Source: Armatimonadota bacterium (GTDB lineage Bacteria; Armatimonadota; Fimbriimonadia; Fimbriimonadales; Fimbriimonadaceae). Taken from it: DNA of 36,862 bases. The position numbers and the translations under genes are program-made. Under the pieces are notes generated by a model, which ran no database searches, was not told the DNA's origin, and saw nothing but the letters and a program-made list of their open reading frames with translations. Positions 36,242 to 36,862 of the stretch are shown here, piece by piece (within the stretch, counting starts at the first letter, position 1; each line of letters begins with the position of its first letter). The stretch is taken from assembly GCA_031400935.1 (NCBI GenBank), contig JANNQV010000062.1, positions 62,001 to 98,862 on the forward strand. Direction: 5' to 3'.

Positions 36242-36862
36242 AGGATACATTCCAGAAGATGAAGATGAACTCGTAATTTGGGGAAATGACCATTCCGCCG
36301 GAGTCAACACGCACGGCGCCACAGTAGGACTAAGCGCAGGAGACATCCTAGATGCCGCGAACGATGCGGCGATTATTGCGCATGGAGTCAACGGACAATC
36401 ACTTTACGGTTCCAAGAGCCAAGAGTTCACGGCGTACAAAGACATTTTGCTCTACTCGCCAATTGGCACAGCTTTGCCAGGAACACCGACGCCTCCCTTA
36501 GTTGGCGGACTACCACTCGGCGCAAAGCCCAGCGTCGTCGCTCGCCGAAGGCAGACGGCTGAGCGCATGAAGGCTCATCCGAACTACACCGTAGCCATCG
36601 GCCAAGATTGCCGCATCATCGCGCCGGCCGCAGGCCCAGCTGAAACCCAGCCCGTTTTGCAAGTCGTTGCAGAAACGGACTTTGCCGTTCGAGTGACTTT
36701 TGCCATGCACGGGCACGATCAGATCGAAATCCAATCGCAAGTCGGGCTTGAAACGACTTGGACAACGATTGCCTTCGACACCAACGCCCCGTACCTTGAC
36801 GGCCGCGGTCCCGTCACGCCAAACACTCCCGAGCAAAGACGCTTCCGGGGCAGATTCAGAGA
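36237..36862 (+). CDS. hypothetical protein, 3'-truncated by the window edge (helical N-terminus, possible Fn3-like C-terminus); not in ORF track
   Basis: Open from ATG 36237 to the window end: MPGYIPEDEDELVIWGNDH...RMKAHPNYTVAIGQDCRII...DTNAPYLDGRGPVTPNTPEQRRFRGRFR; AAGGAG RBS. Confidence 0.8.
   Translation, partial: MPGYIPEDEDELVIWGNDHSAGVNTHGATVGLSAGDILDAANDAAIIAHGVNGQSLYGSKSQEFTAYKDILLYSPIGTALPGTPTPPLVGGLPLGAKPSVVARRRQTAERMKAHPNYTVAIGQDCRIIAPAAGPAETQPVLQVVAETDFAVRVTFAMHGHDQIEIQSQVGLETTWTTIAFDTNAPYLDGRGPVTPNTPEQRRFRGRFR

Noticed and set aside
36108..36836. Minus-strand ORFs 36108-36314, 36140-36391 and 36510-36836
   Set aside because: They are antisense to the RBS-supported plus-strand ORF that starts at 36237.

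Overview
Bacterial chromosomal window, probably Armatimonadota (Fimbriimonadaceae-like). That assignment is inferred from gene style and is not proven. Gene content is mostly housekeeping and envelope: esterase, ltaE, a ~1,400-aa SBBP/Ig-repeat surface protein, an M48 peptidase, a type IV pilin locus (major pilin, PilV/W/X-like minor pilins and a membrane-anchored protein), fumC, PDH E2, ROK kinase, MoxR-DUF58-transglutaminase, holA, two bPH_2 membrane proteins, a YyaL/DsbD-N-like fusion, an ATP-grasp enzyme, secDF, MlaD, rplI and a MATE-like transporter. The most unusual signals are non-coding. (i) A family of intergenic G-rich/C-rich inverted heptamer elements, one carrying 13 perfect copies of the plant-type telomere repeat (AAACCCT/TTTAGGG). 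(ii) A candidate multi-stem cis-regulatory RNA that sequesters the major pilin RBS. (iii) A right-end module made of a 21-bp tandem array followed by two unrelated ORFs that share a duplicated ~58-bp leader with a structurally conserved hairpin. (iv) Several distinct REP/REPIN-like palindrome families. I also found three ORFs missing from the ORF track, an apparent non-canonical holA start, and recurrent leaderless-type -10 boxes. No rRNA, tRNA, CRISPR or transposase gene was seen.
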